From Candidatus Aenigmatarchaeota archaeon (GTDB lineage Archaea > EX4484-52): a DNA stretch of 64,000 nt. The notes beneath the pieces are model-generated. The model made no database searches. It was not told the origin of the DNA and saw nothing but the letters and a program-made list of their open reading frames with translations. The stretch spans positions 15,383-79,382 of the forward strand of contig JAGLPV010000010.1 in NCBI GenBank assembly GCA_023137195.1, given 5' to 3'. The translations under genes and the position numbers were made by a program. Shown here piece after piece: positions 9,694 through 20,087 of this stretch; the stretch's first letter is position 1, and each line of letters begins with the position of its first letter.

Positions 9694-9894
9694 TTATGCC
9701 ATTTGTTTTCTATATTGATTTACTTCATCAGTCAAATCCGGGGTTGAAAGAAAAGCAGAACGACAACAATAATTTTCTATACCTAGTGCATCAAGCACTT
9801 CTTTTTTTGATTTAAACTTTATCTGAGCCTGGTATTGCTCCCATTTGTCTGCTAGTAACTCACCGCATGAGATGCATCTTACTGGAATTAACAT
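9694..9894 (-). CDS. rpoN: DNA-directed RNA polymerase subunit N (Rpo10)
   Basis: MLIPVRCISCG...LDALGIENYCCR. Confidence 0.96.
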   Translation of the reverse strand: MLIPVRCISCGELLADKWEQYQAQIKFKSKKEVLDALGIENYCCRSAFLSTPDLTDEVNQYRKQMA

Positions 9895-10077
9895 ATTAAT
9901 CAATCCTATAAAATAAGAGAATATTTAAAAGGTTTACTTTTTGAAAAATAACTCATATTTGTATCCACTTTGCTTCCCTGCACCAAACTATATCCATTCT
10001 CCATAGAATCAAAATATATTACCATTACAAAATCAATATAAAACAAATATTTAAATAATTTGTAATGTCATACGCTC

Positions 10078-10926
10078 ATGAGAATACTAAAAAGAAAAAA
10101 TTACTATTACCTACAGCATTCCTTTAGAAAAGAAGGAAAAGTGCTGACAAGAGAAAAATACATTGGAAAGAAAATCCCAAAAACAATAGAATCTATTAAA
10201 CTAAATTTTCTTGAAGAATGCCACAAGGAGCACTTGTTCAAATTATTTGAAAAAATAAAAAGAAAATATTCAAAACAATGGCAAAAATACCCGCAATCAA
10301 TAAAAGAAAAAATAAAGGAGCAGATTGCAGTAGACTTTACATACAATACAAATGCCATTGAAGGCTCAACAATAACCCTTAATGAAACAAGACAGATAAT
10401 AGAAGATAAAATTGCCCCAAATAAGCATTTGGGCGATATAAAAGAAACAGAATCGCATGCAAATGTATTTTTAGAGATGCAAACTGAGACAGAAAAATTA
10501 GATGTCTCTCTTATTTTAAAATGGCATAGAAATTTATTCCTACAAACCAAACCGGACATTGCAGGAAGATTCCGCAATTATTTAGTCCGTGTTGGCAATT
10601 ATAATACTCCGGATTGGCAGGATGTTGAAAAATTAATGAAAGAATTAATTGAATTTTACAAAAAGAACGACAAAATGAATACAGTTGAACTTGCATCAAG
10701 GATGCACTATCGTTTCGAAAAAATACATCCGTTCGGAGATGGCAATGGAAGAGTAGGCAGATTAATAATGAACTACATTTTAATCATTAATAATTACCCT
10801 GTACTTATGATTAAATACACCAAAAGGCAGTTTTATTACAATGCTTTGCAAAAAGACGAAAACAGGTTTTTCAATTATTTCGCAAAAAGATACCTGAAAA
10901 TGTACATGAAATACGCATGTGATTAA
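10078..10926 (+). CDS. Fic family protein
   Basis: HPFGDGNGRVGR Fic motif; TYNTNAIEG. Confidence 0.95.
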   Translation: MRILKRKNYYYLQHSFRKEGKVLTREKYIGKKIPKTIESIKLNFLEECHKEHLFKLFEKIKRKYSKQWQKYPQSIKEKIKEQIAVDFTYNTNAIEGSTITLNETRQIIEDKIAPNKHLGDIKETESHANVFLEMQTETEKLDVSLILKWHRNLFLQTKPDIAGRFRNYLVRVGNYNTPDWQDVEKLMKELIEFYKKNDKMNTVELASRMHYRFEKIHPFGDGNGRVGRLIMNYILIINNYPVLMIKYTKRQFYYNALQKDENRFFNYFAKRYLKMYMKYACD

Positions 10927-11166
10927 AATAGGCATATTCATATGAACTTCCGTACACCTTCACTTCCTGTGGAACTTTCAGACACCTCTATTTCCTATGG
11001 AAAAACGATTCACATGAAAGTATGAAGTTAAAATGAAATTAAAAATAACATAACAATACATTCACTCCTGTCTTTATGTACCGGATAACCAGATAAATGA
11101 ACTACATGAACTCAAAAGTGAACTAAAAAAACCATAAAACAGCCCTCCTATGAACCAGTGTAGTTT

Positions 11167-12489
11167 TTAGAAAGGAATATATTTCATAATAAAAGGACCT
11201 GCAAAATTAAACAAAATGACAAAGAGTGTAATCAAAGACACCCTGTATGAAATCTTTGCAGCTCTTTTTGCAGTTGTAATTTTTTTCATCAGCTCTTCAA
11301 ACATAAATCCACCATCCAGAGGAAGCCCCACCTTTATAGGAAGCAGGTTCACAAGCGCAATAGCAAATGAAATAAACCATATCCAGAACAAATACATATA
11401 CGCCCCGTTAATTAACCATATCATAAAACCCCCGACCGCACCGGCTCCCGCCAAAAATAAAGCATAATCCGGCTTCAAAGACATATGTGTTGAGAACCTG
11501 TCTCTTTTTATTCCCATAAACGGCAGAGAACTATTCTGTGGACTGGACGCAAGCATAAGCATATACTCCTTATTATTGACCGTTACATCAATTGTCTGGT
11601 TTGGCGAGCAGTTAAGAATAGTATTATAAAAACTATAATCTCCGCTAATTGTAACATTATTCATCTTAGTAATAGTCCCTTTCTCGGGCAATACCACAGA
11701 AGGCATATCCGAAACAAGCCCATTGTAATCAAACCCGCTGGGTGCATAAAGAAAAGAAGTAAGCATCAATACAATCACAGTACATACGATATTGGAAAAA
11801 GAACCCGCTGAATACACGCGTGACTTAACAATAGAATCTGCCTTTTTTAATTTCGCCTCATCTGGTTCTGCAAAACCAAGAGGCAAAAACGCCAGGAATC
11901 CATAACCAACAGACTTTACTTTAATGTTATGGGCAACAGACACAAAAGCATGTGAAAATTCGTGAATCACAACAATGACGAATATTGCACTCAAAAAATA
12001 TTCAAGAGGTATATAAAATATAGGCGCACCGGAAATTTCAACAGGAAGTGCAAGTTGCACAGCAGGAACAGTTAATTCTTTCATAACAATAGCTCTTGCA
12101 GACTCCAGCAACAATGTAAATGTTGCCCCGGATGCACCAAGCAACGTAAGAATAATCGCCGCAACAGGACTTTCAAAAACACCGGTCAAAAATACAAATG
12201 AAAGCAAGGCGGCAAACACAAGAAAAAGATCTGACCATCTCTTGTATTTTTTTTCAGCAAACACATACCACAGTCCTGTTATTCCAAATGTAAAAATAAT
12301 ACCCATATCCCCAAAAATCTTAAAGAATTTTTTGTGTTTTAATCCAAAATTATTCAAAAAAGATATGCCTTTTCGAATCTTACGAATATACATCAAAGGA
12401 GCTTCTTTCGTAAAATTTTTCCTGTCAAACAAATATATTGCCCCAAACAAGACAACCAAAAAAATCAAAGTTTCGTAATTATTCATCAT
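11167..12489 (-). CDS. Site-2 protease (M50) with PDZ-like insert
   Basis: HEFSH, GFAEPD, AGSFSN, NLLP...LDGG. Confidence 0.93.
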   Translation of the reverse strand: MMNNYETLIFLVVLFGAIYLFDRKNFTKEAPLMYIRKIRKGISFLNNFGLKHKKFFKIFGDMGIIFTFGITGLWYVFAEKKYKRWSDLFLVFAALLSFVFLTGVFESPVAAIILTLLGASGATFTLLLESARAIVMKELTVPAVQLALPVEISGAPIFYIPLEYFLSAIFVIVVIHEFSHAFVSVAHNIKVKSVGYGFLAFLPLGFAEPDEAKLKKADSIVKSRVYSAGSFSNIVCTVIVLMLTSFLYAPSGFDYNGLVSDMPSVVLPEKGTITKMNNVTISGDYSFYNTILNCSPNQTIDVTVNNKEYMLMLASSPQNSSLPFMGIKRDRFSTHMSLKPDYALFLAGAGAVGGFMIWLINGAYMYLFWIWFISFAIALVNLLPIKVGLPLDGGFMFEELMKKITTAKRAAKISYRVSLITLFVILFNFAGPFIMKYIPF

Positions 12490-12492
12490 TTA

Positions 12493-13545
12493 TCACTTTA
12501 TTTCCTTTTTGTAAATTGTCTGTATTGGGAATGGAATCTCAATACCTGCTTTTTTAAATTCTTTATTGATTTGCACATTCAATTTATCTTTAGCAGTAAA
12601 TTGCTTATAAGGACTTTCCACCCATGTTATCAAAAGAAAGTTTAAGCTAAAATCACCATGATCTGTAAAGAACACGCCGGGAGCAGGATTATCCAAAATA
12701 AGATCCACATTTTTTGCGCATTTAAGCAGTGTTTTTTTAACCAGCTCAATATCTGTACCATATTCAACACCAATAGGAATTTTTACTTTGATATTTGCCT
12801 TTGGCTCGTCGTAATTTATTATCTTGGAATTTGCAATGACATTGTTGGGGATTACCAGTATTGTCTCATCAAATGTCTTTATACGTGTGCTTCTCAGCCC
12901 GATTTCCACAACATCCCCTATATTGCCATCATCAAGCTTTATCCTGTTTCCCACTTTAAATGGCTTGTCTGCATATACTGAAAGTCCGCCAAAAATATTG
13001 CTAAGAGTATCTTTTGAAGCAAAAGCAATCGCAAATCCGGCAATACCTGCAGATGCAAGCAGTGGAGCTATATCAATATTCCATATCATGAAAAATACAC
13101 CCAAAAACAAAAAAATAAGAATTAGATTAATCATGTTTTTTGCCAACGGGAGGAGTTCATCATCAAGCTTTGTTTTTGTTTTGGAAACCAGTTTAGGGGC
13201 AATATCTATCATTAATATCTTTGACAAACGAAAACCTGCAAGTGTCCAGATTAAAAGAGCCATTGTCTTCAAAATATCCGCACTAAATGTAACTTTTCCC
13301 GCGCTTATACCAAACATCCCTATCGCAAAATAGAATCCTGCCAGAACAAAAGAAAAATACAGCGGCTTTTTTACAACAGCAATTATCTTATCGTCAATAT
13401 CTGTCTTTGTTTTTCTTGTAAAGCCAAGCAATGTTTTTTCAAGCAGAAAATTTACTAGAAGTCCAATCAGGCAAAAAAGAAAAAAAACCACAAATCCGTC
13501 AAAAACATTGTTTTTACCAAAAAGATTTATGAATTCATTAAGCAT
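12493..13545 (-). CDS. Small-conductance mechanosensitive channel (MscS family)
   Basis: AGIAGFAIAFASKDTLSNIFGG, G.V.EIGLRST, IPNN, GIEIPFP. Confidence 0.95.
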   Translation of the reverse strand: MLNEFINLFGKNNVFDGFVVFFLFCLIGLLVNFLLEKTLLGFTRKTKTDIDDKIIAVVKKPLYFSFVLAGFYFAIGMFGISAGKVTFSADILKTMALLIWTLAGFRLSKILMIDIAPKLVSKTKTKLDDELLPLAKNMINLILIFLFLGVFFMIWNIDIAPLLASAGIAGFAIAFASKDTLSNIFGGLSVYADKPFKVGNRIKLDDGNIGDVVEIGLRSTRIKTFDETILVIPNNVIANSKIINYDEPKANIKVKIPIGVEYGTDIELVKKTLLKCAKNVDLILDNPAPGVFFTDHGDFSLNFLLITWVESPYKQFTAKDKLNVQINKEFKKAGIEIPFPIQTIYKKEIK

Positions 13546-13618
13546 AAATAATTAATATAAAAGAAAGTTTATATACTTATTTAGCATGAAAATAAGAATA
13601 AACAAATATTGATTATAT

Positions 13619-14116
13619 ATGACAGATTTATTAATAATAATTGACATGCAGGAAGGATTCAGATGCAAATTGTCAGAACAAATAATCCCCAACATCAATC
13701 ACCTGATTAAAAAATTCAATGGAAACATTGTATTTTCATGCTTTAAAAACCAAAACAAGAGTATGTTTGAGACTGCACTGAAATGGAAGTCATTTCAAAA
13801 CAAAGAGGAAAGAGCCACATTGGGTGAATTAAAAAAATACGAATTTTCTGTTTACTGGCATGATTCTTATACAATTCTCAACAAGAAACTCATAGATTAC
13901 ATCAATGAAAATAAATTCAACAATATTTATTTATGTGGAATATACACTGATGTTTGCATAATAAAAGCCGCTATGGATGGTTTTGATTGTAATTTAAACA
14001 TGAAAGTGGTTGCGGACTGCTGTATGTCTTTACATTCACAAAATCACCACAAAACAACAATTGACAGTATCAAACATATTATTGGAAAAAACAATGTTGT
14101 TAACACTATTGTTTAA
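13619..14116 (+). CDS. Isochorismatase/cysteine hydrolase family protein
   Basis: LLIIIDMQEGF; CGIYTDVCI; VVADCC. Confidence 0.9.
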   Translation: MTDLLIIIDMQEGFRCKLSEQIIPNINHLIKKFNGNIVFSCFKNQNKSMFETALKWKSFQNKEERATLGELKKYEFSVYWHDSYTILNKKLIDYINENKFNNIYLCGIYTDVCIIKAAMDGFDCNLNMKVVADCCMSLHSQNHHKTTIDSIKHIIGKNNVVNTIV

Positions 14117-14153
14117 ACACCATATTTTTATACTTACTCGCCTTATTAATAAT

Positions 14154-14915
14154 ATGTTTCAAAAAAAATCAGGAACTTTTTCCTGTAAAACCACCCCTAC
14201 TAATAAAAACGCTTTTTCTGTGCACTGTAAAAGACGCAAAGCCCAAATTTTCATATCTTTCATTGTCGGAACAGGCATATTCTTAAGTGTTTGCTTTGCT
14301 GCAGCTATGCTCGTAAGCAACACATCTCCTGTCATCATAAATGACTTGGACAAACAAAAAGAGGATCTTTCTTTTTTTTCATTTACGCACAGAGTTATGG
14401 GAAATATATCTGAAGGAGAAACATTAATCGAAGAAAGCAGAGATTTATTGTCTGACTGCACTCTATTGGACATGAACGACCCCAACTCCATAAATAACCA
14501 CACCTATATCAAAAAGATATTTGAAATAGAAAACGCATATAATATAGAATTAAACGAACACCCTGTTGCAGTAACAACAACGCCAAGTGGAAGTAGTGGT
14601 GATTATACGGGAATCTTTGTTATTGAGGGGAAAACTATAACTGTAATTGTCAAAGGTCTTGCTTATACCCAGGTATTTTTAGATGATGGAGGTATACCAG
14701 AAGGACCATTTGCCAAGGGGGGGGAAACAGATGCGTTCACTAATAAACCAATATACGTAGAAAAAATAGACGAGGAAGGGCAATTCGTAATATTCAAAAA
14801 ACAATTGGTAAACTGCGGAAATTACCCGGACAAATATGCTTTATTCCAGGAAACAAACAGATATCTGGTTTCAGAAGACAAAAACATAATTTCCGTCAAA
14901 CTGAGTTTGTGGTAA
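14154..14915 (+). CDS. Pilin-like protein with class III signal peptide
   Basis: KRRKA|QIFISFIVGTGIFLSV followed by a hydrophobic helix; start ATG 14154 assumed. Confidence 0.65.
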   Translation: MFQKKSGTFSCKTTPTNKNAFSVHCKRRKAQIFISFIVGTGIFLSVCFAAAMLVSNTSPVIINDLDKQKEDLSFFSFTHRVMGNISEGETLIEESRDLLSDCTLLDMNDPNSINNHTYIKKIFEIENAYNIELNEHPVAVTTTPSGSSGDYTGIFVIEGKTITVIVKGLAYTQVFLDDGGIPEGPFAKGGETDAFTNKPIYVEKIDEEGQFVIFKKQLVNCGNYPDKYALFQETNRYLVSEDKNIISVKLSLW

Positions 14916-15006
14916 ATTACTCTTTACTTCCGGAGTTCAATGCATAAATCTCAACTCTGGTGTGTGTTTAGTTCCCTGATTTCAGGCAACATCCTTTAAC
15001 AGTTAC

Positions 15007-15267
15007 TTACCAGTCAATGTCGCCTAATTCCTTATCAATATTATCCAAATCACTATCTTCCAACTCAGTCTGCACTTCATCAATCTCCCCTACATCTATA
15101 GCCAAATCACCATCTGTGGTAGTATCTACTATTGTATCTGAAGGTGTGCTATCTGACACATCTGGCGTCGTACCTGTATTATCTACATTTCTATTCGCGC
15201 ATCCTGCTATTGCAAAGACAAGAGTCAACACCATCATCAAAGCGATTAATTTCATTATTTTTTCCAT
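15007..15267 (-). CDS. Small acidic lipoprotein
   Basis: Signal peptide with lipobox AIAGC; D/T-rich tail; AGGAGA RBS. Confidence 0.75.
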   Translation of the reverse strand: MEKIMKLIALMMVLTLVFAIAGCANRNVDNTGTTPDVSDSTPSDTIVDTTTDGDLAIDVGEIDEVQTELEDSDLDNIDKELGDIDW

Positions 15268-15292
15268 ACTATCATCATCTCCTTAATATTAT

Positions 15293-16879
15293 TTATAATT
15301 CCTCGGTTATATCAACAACTTCATATTGTTCATCAACTGCAAGTTCTGTATCTACTGCCCCACTGGCAGTCTTGATAATTTTTCCTTTCGATTTCCTGAT
15401 TTCTTTTGCAATCTCGACAACAAGTTTGTGTGCCTTTCTCAAATCATCATGCACTAACTTCACAAGTTTCTGTGCTTCAGTCATTTTTGTTTTTATCTCG
15501 CCCTTTTGCTCATCAGTTAAATTTGCATTATCCTTCCTGATTTCATATGCCTCTTTAATCAATTCTTCCGCCTGTTTATAATTCTCGTGAGCATCGCTTA
15601 TATGCTGACTGTATTGGTCTATTTTTTCATCTATTGCACTTGTATTTATTCCCTCTTCCTGCATTTTTGAAACAGACCTGTCAAATATTTCTTCCAGATG
15701 CTCTGCTCTTTTTATAAGACCCCATACCTTTGCATGGACAAGTCTTGCTCTCCATACCTGTTCAGCATGTCTTGTTTTAGCCCATATTTCCCTTACTGTA
15801 GCTGCTGCCTCTTTCACCTCTTCTTTTGTCTGGGCACCGTCTGCCTGTGTCTTTGCATTCTCCAGTTCAGAAATCGCAGAATCAATGTTTGCAATAATTT
15901 CATCTGCTCTCGTCTGGTTTATCTCTTCTGCCCTCTCAAGAGAGTATTTAATCTTATTCAAATGATTAATTAACCTCTCTGCACTCTTGGCAACCACTTC
16001 TTTTGCATGTTCCTGTGCCTGATTTCTCAATTCCTCGCATTCTGTTGTATTGGAATCATTGCATTGGGCTAATTTTGTCTTCACCGCAACGAATTTCGAA
16101 TATCTATCCTTATATTCGTTATTTATTTTCATATAATTTTGTTTGGCAAGCTTGAAATCCTTTTCCGCTTTCAGAAGTTTCTCCTTTGCTATAACTCTCT
16201 TTTTATTCACCAACTCTTTTTTTGTTTTTACAAGCTGGTAATTACTAATTCTTTTCTGCATTTCATCATTGTTAAGCTTCAACAGATTTTCCTGCTGGGC
16301 TCTTGAAAGATAAGTGAATACTTTTGCCTCTTTATCCGATAATGCTTCTATTTTTGCCTCTGCACCGGGATTTTTATTGACAACACCGTCTATTTTTCTC
16401 AATCTCCAGTCTGCTACTTTTTCCCCAACGGCAGCACCCAACATAGTCCTGCTCCTTATAGTTGCAACATTAACATTTGAACCCCTTACAATGTCTGATG
16501 TAGTTGTAATTTGCGCTGTAGTCACAAACAATTTACTGCACACAATAACAGGGTGTTCAACACCCTTTTCCTTCAGAAATTCAGCGCAATTTAACTCTTT
16601 TTTCAACATCCTGCCACAAAGCACTGCCGGGTCGTCTGCAAGATTATTATTTTTTACATAAGTTATGCATTTTGCCAACATTGGTTCTGATGTTGCAACA
16701 AGTCTATCTACCATTTGAACCCCTGATCTCAAAATAGGTTCTGTATCTGCACTTGTCAGAGCCACATCACCAGTATCCTCTCCATCAACACCATCTGCAT
16801 CTACAACTGCCAAAGCAAAAGGCACCATAGCAACTGCAATCATCATAATCGTCATCAAAAAAATAGATTTCATTTTCAT
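15293..16879 (-). CDS. Secreted alpha-helical coiled-coil protein
   Basis: Sec signal peptide ending ALA; long helical repeats; probably co-transcribed with the lipoprotein. Confidence 0.75.
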   Translation of the reverse strand: MKMKSIFLMTIMMIAVAMVPFALAVVDADGVDGEDTGDVALTSADTEPILRSGVQMVDRLVATSEPMLAKCITYVKNNNLADDPAVLCGRMLKKELNCAEFLKEKGVEHPVIVCSKLFVTTAQITTTSDIVRGSNVNVATIRSRTMLGAAVGEKVADWRLRKIDGVVNKNPGAEAKIEALSDKEAKVFTYLSRAQQENLLKLNNDEMQKRISNYQLVKTKKELVNKKRVIAKEKLLKAEKDFKLAKQNYMKINNEYKDRYSKFVAVKTKLAQCNDSNTTECEELRNQAQEHAKEVVAKSAERLINHLNKIKYSLERAEEINQTRADEIIANIDSAISELENAKTQADGAQTKEEVKEAAATVREIWAKTRHAEQVWRARLVHAKVWGLIKRAEHLEEIFDRSVSKMQEEGINTSAIDEKIDQYSQHISDAHENYKQAEELIKEAYEIRKDNANLTDEQKGEIKTKMTEAQKLVKLVHDDLRKAHKLVVEIAKEIRKSKGKIIKTASGAVDTELAVDEQYEVVDITEEL

Positions 16880-16936
16880 ATTAAATCACTTGTATTATTT
16901 ATTGTGCATTATTATTTATAAACATTACCCTACTCT

Positions 16937-18469
16937 TTAAACCCTATCCAGCACCCTGTAAGTATGTTCACGGATTGCCCTTAAATGAAGTGCTTCGAGA
17001 TTCTCATCAATCCCATAAAATGACGGCGGCAGATCCTTAGGGTTTGTATTTTTCATAAGATGCTTCTTTATCTCTCTCAATGCAATCGAAGTCCCTAAAT
17101 TTCCACTGTCAATAGAAAAAGACAGGTAGCCAAAATCCATCCCCTTTTGCTTCAGGCAATATAATATAGAATATATAGAATATATCCTGTAACTCTGCTG
17201 TCCAATACCCTGGTTGTTTATCAAATCAACAACAACTTCCTTTATGTACTTCCCGGCACCTCCGTCCATTTTATCAACGTCTTTTTCAATATCCACAAGA
17301 TTCAATATCAAATTATGCATATTCATGCAAATCCCACTATACTGCCCATTATCCAAATTCTTAGACAGCAACGCATAATCTTCTATATTATTAAGCCGCA
17401 GATTTTCACTGCTGTACTTATCCGGCGGTCTTGCAGTCGCAAACAAAACCGGCATATTGCTTCTCACGATATAATCATAAGCACTTATCTTCCCTAAATT
17501 TTTATCAAAAAGATCAAAGCAGATTGACTCATCTCCTGTCTTGAAATGTCCTATAACATAAGAGCATGCAACCGCAGAAATCATCTTTTTGATTATTCTT
17601 GAAATGCTCCTGTCTTCAAAATAAGAGTTATTGTGTGTCTTTTGCCCGGAATTTATTTTTCCAATAATACACTCCGGGTTCATATTGCCCAAATGAAAAT
17701 CACTCCATATAGTTGCCCTGGTTTGGAATAAATGCTGGGCAACAACCAAATATGCATCCTTTTCCTGTGCTTTCGACCCATTAACAATCCAGTGGTCAAA
17801 CAAAGACATAACATTATACTGCCCGAGCGCCTTTTTTATTTTCTCCTGGCTCCCTGCCAACTCTTCTATTTTGGCAAAAGAAGGAATGATGTTTTCCTCT
17901 ATCATCTTCCGGGACTCCTCTTCAAAAAACAATATAATTGCAGTCGCATCAGTATTGTTAATATTCAGATTCTCAAAAATCAGCCTGATGTATTTTGCAC
18001 AAAACCAGTCAGCAAGGTTATTGTCCTTAATAAAACTACCTAAACTATTTCCCTCCGGACAGACCTGCGGAGTGATTGTCTTGTCGCTTAGATATTCAAA
18101 ATCAAAGCAAACCGACGGCAATATCTTCGTTGCAGGATAAAAAGAAGCAAACTGCGAGTTGAACACAGTCTTATTATAAAACAACATCGAAACAAGCTTC
18201 TTATGAGATGTCTTCCACTCCCCAAGGTTTGAAGAAGAAAGATCTATACTCCCAGTAAGGCGACACCCCATCTTTATTTTTTCCACATCCGTCAATCGTT
18301 TTATTGCCTGTGCCATCTGCGGCTCCAATACAGCAGACAATTCCTCCTTTTCAAGTATGACGAATTCAGAACCATGCTTTATGGACTCAGATATAACAAT
18401 AAACGGACTTTTTTCTTTCTGATCCAGGAGCGACGAATCAATAATTGAAGAAATAATATAGTGACTCAT
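16937..18469 (-). CDS. Hypothetical protein
   Basis: 510-aa ORF; no motif recognised. Confidence 0.7.
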   Translation of the reverse strand: MSHYIISSIIDSSLLDQKEKSPFIVISESIKHGSEFVILEKEELSAVLEPQMAQAIKRLTDVEKIKMGCRLTGSIDLSSSNLGEWKTSHKKLVSMLFYNKTVFNSQFASFYPATKILPSVCFDFEYLSDKTITPQVCPEGNSLGSFIKDNNLADWFCAKYIRLIFENLNINNTDATAIILFFEEESRKMIEENIIPSFAKIEELAGSQEKIKKALGQYNVMSLFDHWIVNGSKAQEKDAYLVVAQHLFQTRATIWSDFHLGNMNPECIIGKINSGQKTHNNSYFEDRSISRIIKKMISAVACSYVIGHFKTGDESICFDLFDKNLGKISAYDYIVRSNMPVLFATARPPDKYSSENLRLNNIEDYALLSKNLDNGQYSGICMNMHNLILNLVDIEKDVDKMDGGAGKYIKEVVVDLINNQGIGQQSYRIYSIYSILYCLKQKGMDFGYLSFSIDSGNLGTSIALREIKKHLMKNTNPKDLPPSFYGIDENLEALHLRAIREHTYRVLDRV

Positions 18470-18521
18470 ACTAAAAAATAGTATTCATGTTTTTATTGTT
18501 TTCTTTTAAATAGATATTTAT

Positions 18522-19109
18522 ATGATTAAAGAGAATTCAAGAAAGAAAAATCTCCTCTTCGTTTTGCATTCATTTGATATACTTTTCTCATCCGGAAAAA
18601 GCATAGAAGAAGCAGTTGGACTAATCGCAAAAAGCCATTATGGCACAATATCAAATGATTTCTCCATGATAATAGCCAAAACAAAAAACAATTATATAAA
18701 TATAGACTCTGCACTGCTTGAATTGAAACAAAAAACAAAGGTTAAAAATTACAGACTCCTGCTGGAATATCTTGCCTTTTCATACAAAAACAATACTAAT
18801 ATACAGGAAAACATCATCAAACTCCAAAAAAAAGCAATGCATGAGCAACAAAACATGCACAAGAACTATGAAAATCTTGCAACAACATTCCTTGATGTCT
18901 ACATCCTTTTCTCATTTGTTACAGTACTTATATTGAACGTATTTGTAATCTCTACAAAAATGCTCGGTGACAATGAATTATTTAGTTACTTTGGAATTAC
19001 TGTACCTTCTATAAGCCCGCCTGCTATGTTTGGATTTTATTTTATAAATAGTGTTATCTTAGTTGCCATTGCAGGTTATGTTTATATGGCTAATCCCAAT
19101 AATCGGTGA
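18522..19109 (+). CDS. Type II/IV secretion F-domain (TadB/TadC-like) membrane protein
   Basis: SGKSIEEAV..IAKSHYGTISNDF..I..ALL pattern and C-terminal TM helices. Confidence 0.75.
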   Translation: MIKENSRKKNLLFVLHSFDILFSSGKSIEEAVGLIAKSHYGTISNDFSMIIAKTKNNYINIDSALLELKQKTKVKNYRLLLEYLAFSYKNNTNIQENIIKLQKKAMHEQQNMHKNYENLATTFLDVYILFSFVTVLILNVFVISTKMLGDNELFSYFGITVPSISPPAMFGFYFINSVILVAIAGYVYMANPNNR

Positions 19110-19161
19110 TTAACTAAAGGATGTCGAAGGATGATTGTGATGAGTGATATTGTAACCTAAG

Positions 19162-19588
19162 TTTGACATTTACTAAATTTTCACAATATTTTACATAAAG
19201 AATTTGACAGTTATATGCCCCTCTAATTCTTTAAAATTTGGTCTTTTTAGAGCATATTGTGCGAATGTGAAAAAATTTTCACCTATTTTTCACATTGGAA
19301 TTTGACAGTTTGTGAGCAGTCTTAAGAACCACAAAAATTCTATCAAAATGTACTTTTTAGAGCCATACCATTATGTTTATTTGCCAAAATTAGCATAATG
19401 AATTTGACAGTTTAGGACATTTTCAAGATAAATCAATCAAAAATATGTTTTTTATCGAATTTTAGCCTCTAAATGAGCGGATTTATAGTCGAAAACAAGC
19501 GATTATCATATAAATTCTATTGAAAAATCCTGTTTTTTACAAACTGTCAAATAGGTTTTCCTACCTTATTTCGCATCAAACTGTCAAA
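19162..19588. repeat. Non-coding repeat array: GAATTTGACAGTT at ~100-bp period plus two inverted copies
   Basis: Direct copies at 19200, 19298, 19400; degenerate TTTGACATTT at 19162; inverted AAACTGTCAAA at 19541 and 19578; CTTTTTAGAGC at 19243 and 19353. Confidence 0.85.
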
Positions 19589-19665
19589 GTTGGGCAATAA
19601 CAGACATAAAAAAACAAAACAACCATTCCAAAAAACATTTAAATATCTACACACATAAAATACAC

Positions 19666-19854
19666 ATGGACGACAAAAAATCCAAATTTATGCGAATGTA
19701 TGCCAACATTCCTGAAAAAATCCGCAAAGAGGATGTAATTGTGGTGATTGATGACGAGCCATACACATGGAATGCGGCAATGATTGAAGTAAAAAACAAT
19801 TCTGAACTTGGCGAAAAAATTATAAAAATGCTCCAAAAAACAGGGATATTATGA
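19666..19854 (+). CDS. Small hypothetical protein, gene 1 of coupled triplet
   Basis: 62 aa; ATGA overlap with the next gene. Confidence 0.75.
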   Translation: MDDKKSKFMRMYANIPEKIRKEDVIVVIDDEPYTWNAAMIEVKNNSELGEKIIKMLQKTGIL

Positions 19855-20087
19855 TAGATGACAAAAAAATTGATGAGGAAATTAAAAAACTGGTTTTGTG
19901 GCGTCTTGAGACCAGTGTACCGGAATATTTCAAATTATCTGTAGGTGGAAAAGGAACTTTCACCAAAGAGGAAATAAGAAAGCATATAGAAGCCGAAGAC
20001 GAGACAGGGATGGCCTTTGTTGATATGCAACTTAATTTCATCAAAGCAGTCGCCAGTGGCAAACTTTCTGAGGCATTGGCAAAATGA
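19851..20087 (+). CDS. Small hypothetical protein, gene 2 of coupled triplet
   Basis: 78 aa; ATGA overlaps at both ends. Confidence 0.75.
   Translation: MIDDKKIDEEIKKLVLWRLETSVPEYFKLSVGGKGTFTKEEIRKHIEAEDETGMAFVDMQLNFIKAVASGKLSEALAK

Noticed and set aside
9403-9747. Short ORFs at 9403-9747, 54266-54520, 54381-54632 and 58666-58869 with shared peptide words
   Set aside because: They are antisense to tRNAs and the repeated element, frames are not kept between copies, and changes preserve pairing rather than codons
19200-19413. CRISPR array (TTTTAGAGC resembles a type II repeat start)
   Set aside because: Constant blocks are only 11-14 nt, the period is about 100 bp, inverted copies exist and there are no cas genes in the window
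19162-19588. Main chromosomal origin (oriC)
   Set aside because: Not called: no orc1/cdc6 nearby, the motif is unlike the TTCCAGTGGAA ORB, and by eye the + strand stays C-rich on both sides (skew not computed)
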